In this document: one piece after another, positions 22,770-24,000 of the stretch
How the letters are laid out: each line of letters begins with the position of its first letter
Position numbering within the stretch: position 1 is the stretch's first letter
Assembly: GCF_041954705.1 (NCBI RefSeq)
Contig: NZ_CP169569.1
DNA: 24,000 nucleotides
From: Escherichia coli
Lineage (GTDB): Bacteria; Pseudomonadota; Gammaproteobacteria; Enterobacterales; Enterobacteriaceae
Direction: 5' to 3' (one strand)
Notes under the pieces: model-generated
Seen by the model: the letters and a program-made list of their open reading frames with translations, nothing else
The model's database searches: none
Told to the model about the DNA's origin: nothing
Program-made: the position numbers and the translations under genes

Positions 22770-24000
22770 TTACCAGGATTGGGTTGCTTTGAAGGAATCG
22801 AGGATGCCTTTCAGCTTGCCTTCGATTTCGTCGTTGTAGCCACCGGTCTGGTTGATCTCTTGCATCAACGGAGCGTGATCACGGTCGACGTAAGCCAGCA
22901 GAGCGGCTTCGAAGCTGCCAATTTTCGACAGTTCAACATCCGCCAGGTAACCACGTTCTGCTGCGAACAGAACCAGAGACTGCTGCGCAACGGACATCGG
23001 CGCATACTGTTTCTGTTTCAGCAGTTCGGTCACTTTCTGACCGTGGTCAAGCTGCTTACGTGTTGCATCGTCAAGGTCGGATGCAAACTGAGAGAACGCT
23101 GCCAGTTCACGATACTGTGCCAGAGCGGTACGGATACCACCGGACAGTTTTTTCATGATCTTGGTCTGTGCTGCACCACCAACACGGGATACGGAAATAC
23201 CCGGGTTAACCGCAGGACGAATACCGGCGTTGAACAGGTTGGTTTCCAGGAAGATCTGACCATCGGTAATGGAGATTACGTTGGTCGGAACGAACGCAGA
23301 AACGTCACCCGCCTGAGTTTCGATAATCGGCAGTGCGGTCAGAGAACCGGTTTTCCCTTTCACTTCACCTTTGGTGAAGGCTTCAACGTATTCGGCGTTA
23401 ACACGTGCAGCACGCTCCAGCAGACGAGAGTGGAGGTAGAAAACGTCGCCCGGGAATGCTTCACGTCCTGGCGGACGACGGAGCAGCAGGGAGATCTGAC
23501 GGTAAGCAACAGCCTGTTTAGACAGGTCATCGTAAATGATCAGCGCATCTTCACCGCGGTCACGGAAGTATTCGCCCATTGCGCAACCGGCATACGGTGC
23601 CAGGTATTGCAGTGCAGCGGATTCAGACGCGGTTGCTACCACAACGATGGTGTTAGCCAGTGCGCCGTGCTCTTCCAGTTTACGTACCACGTTAGAAATG
23701 GTGGACGCTTTCTGGCCGATAGCGACATAGATACATTTGATACCGGAATCGCGCTGGTTGATGATGGCATCGATAGCCAGTGCGGTTTTACCTGTCTGAC
23801 GGTCACCGATGATCAATTCACGCTGACCACGACCGATTGGGATCATGGAGTCAACGGCTTTATAACCGGTCTGTACCGGCTGATCTACGGACTGACGTTC
23901 GATAACGCCCGGAGCGATTGCTTCTACAGCAGAGAAGCCGTCGTGATCCAGCGGACCTTTACCGTCGATTGGTGCACCCAGAGTGTTAACCACACGGCCC
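22770..24000 (-). CDS. atpA: F1 ATP synthase alpha subunit; 5' end lies beyond the window
   Basis: The reading frame is open to the window edge; the track lists it from an internal Met. Walker A is GDRQTGKT and the C-terminus is ...[10 protein letters not shown]. The full gene (about 513 aa) would start about 310 nt past position 24000. Confidence 0.96.

Overview
By gene order and protein sequences, this window matches a well-studied, oriC-proximal core segment of the Escherichia coli K-12-type chromosome. The order is purP(partial) / yieH-cbrB-cbrC (+ strand) / yieK-yieL-bglH-bglB-bglF-bglG / phoU-pstB-pstA-pstC-pstS / glmS-glmU / atpC-atpD-atpG-atpA(partial), and everything from yieK onward lies on the minus strand. 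Every long non-overlapping ORF can be assigned to a known gene. The intergenic spaces are short and mostly explained by recognisable elements: two BglG RAT/terminator modules, the silent bgl promoter with its CAP site, two clusters of PhoB boxes, REP/BIME and boxC-like repeats, intrinsic terminators, an unoccupied attTn7 at the glmS 3' end, and a CreB cre-tag before cbrB. By eye I see no tRNA, rRNA, CRISPR array, IS element, integrase, toxin-antitoxin pair or defence-island signature. I do not find a convincing undescribed system here. The least understood parts are the tail of the cryptic bgl cluster (bglH-yieL-yieK) and the cre-regulated cbrBC pair, and both are flagged as hypotheses only. 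All identifications rest on reading the sequence plus recall of E. coli biology; no database search was possible.
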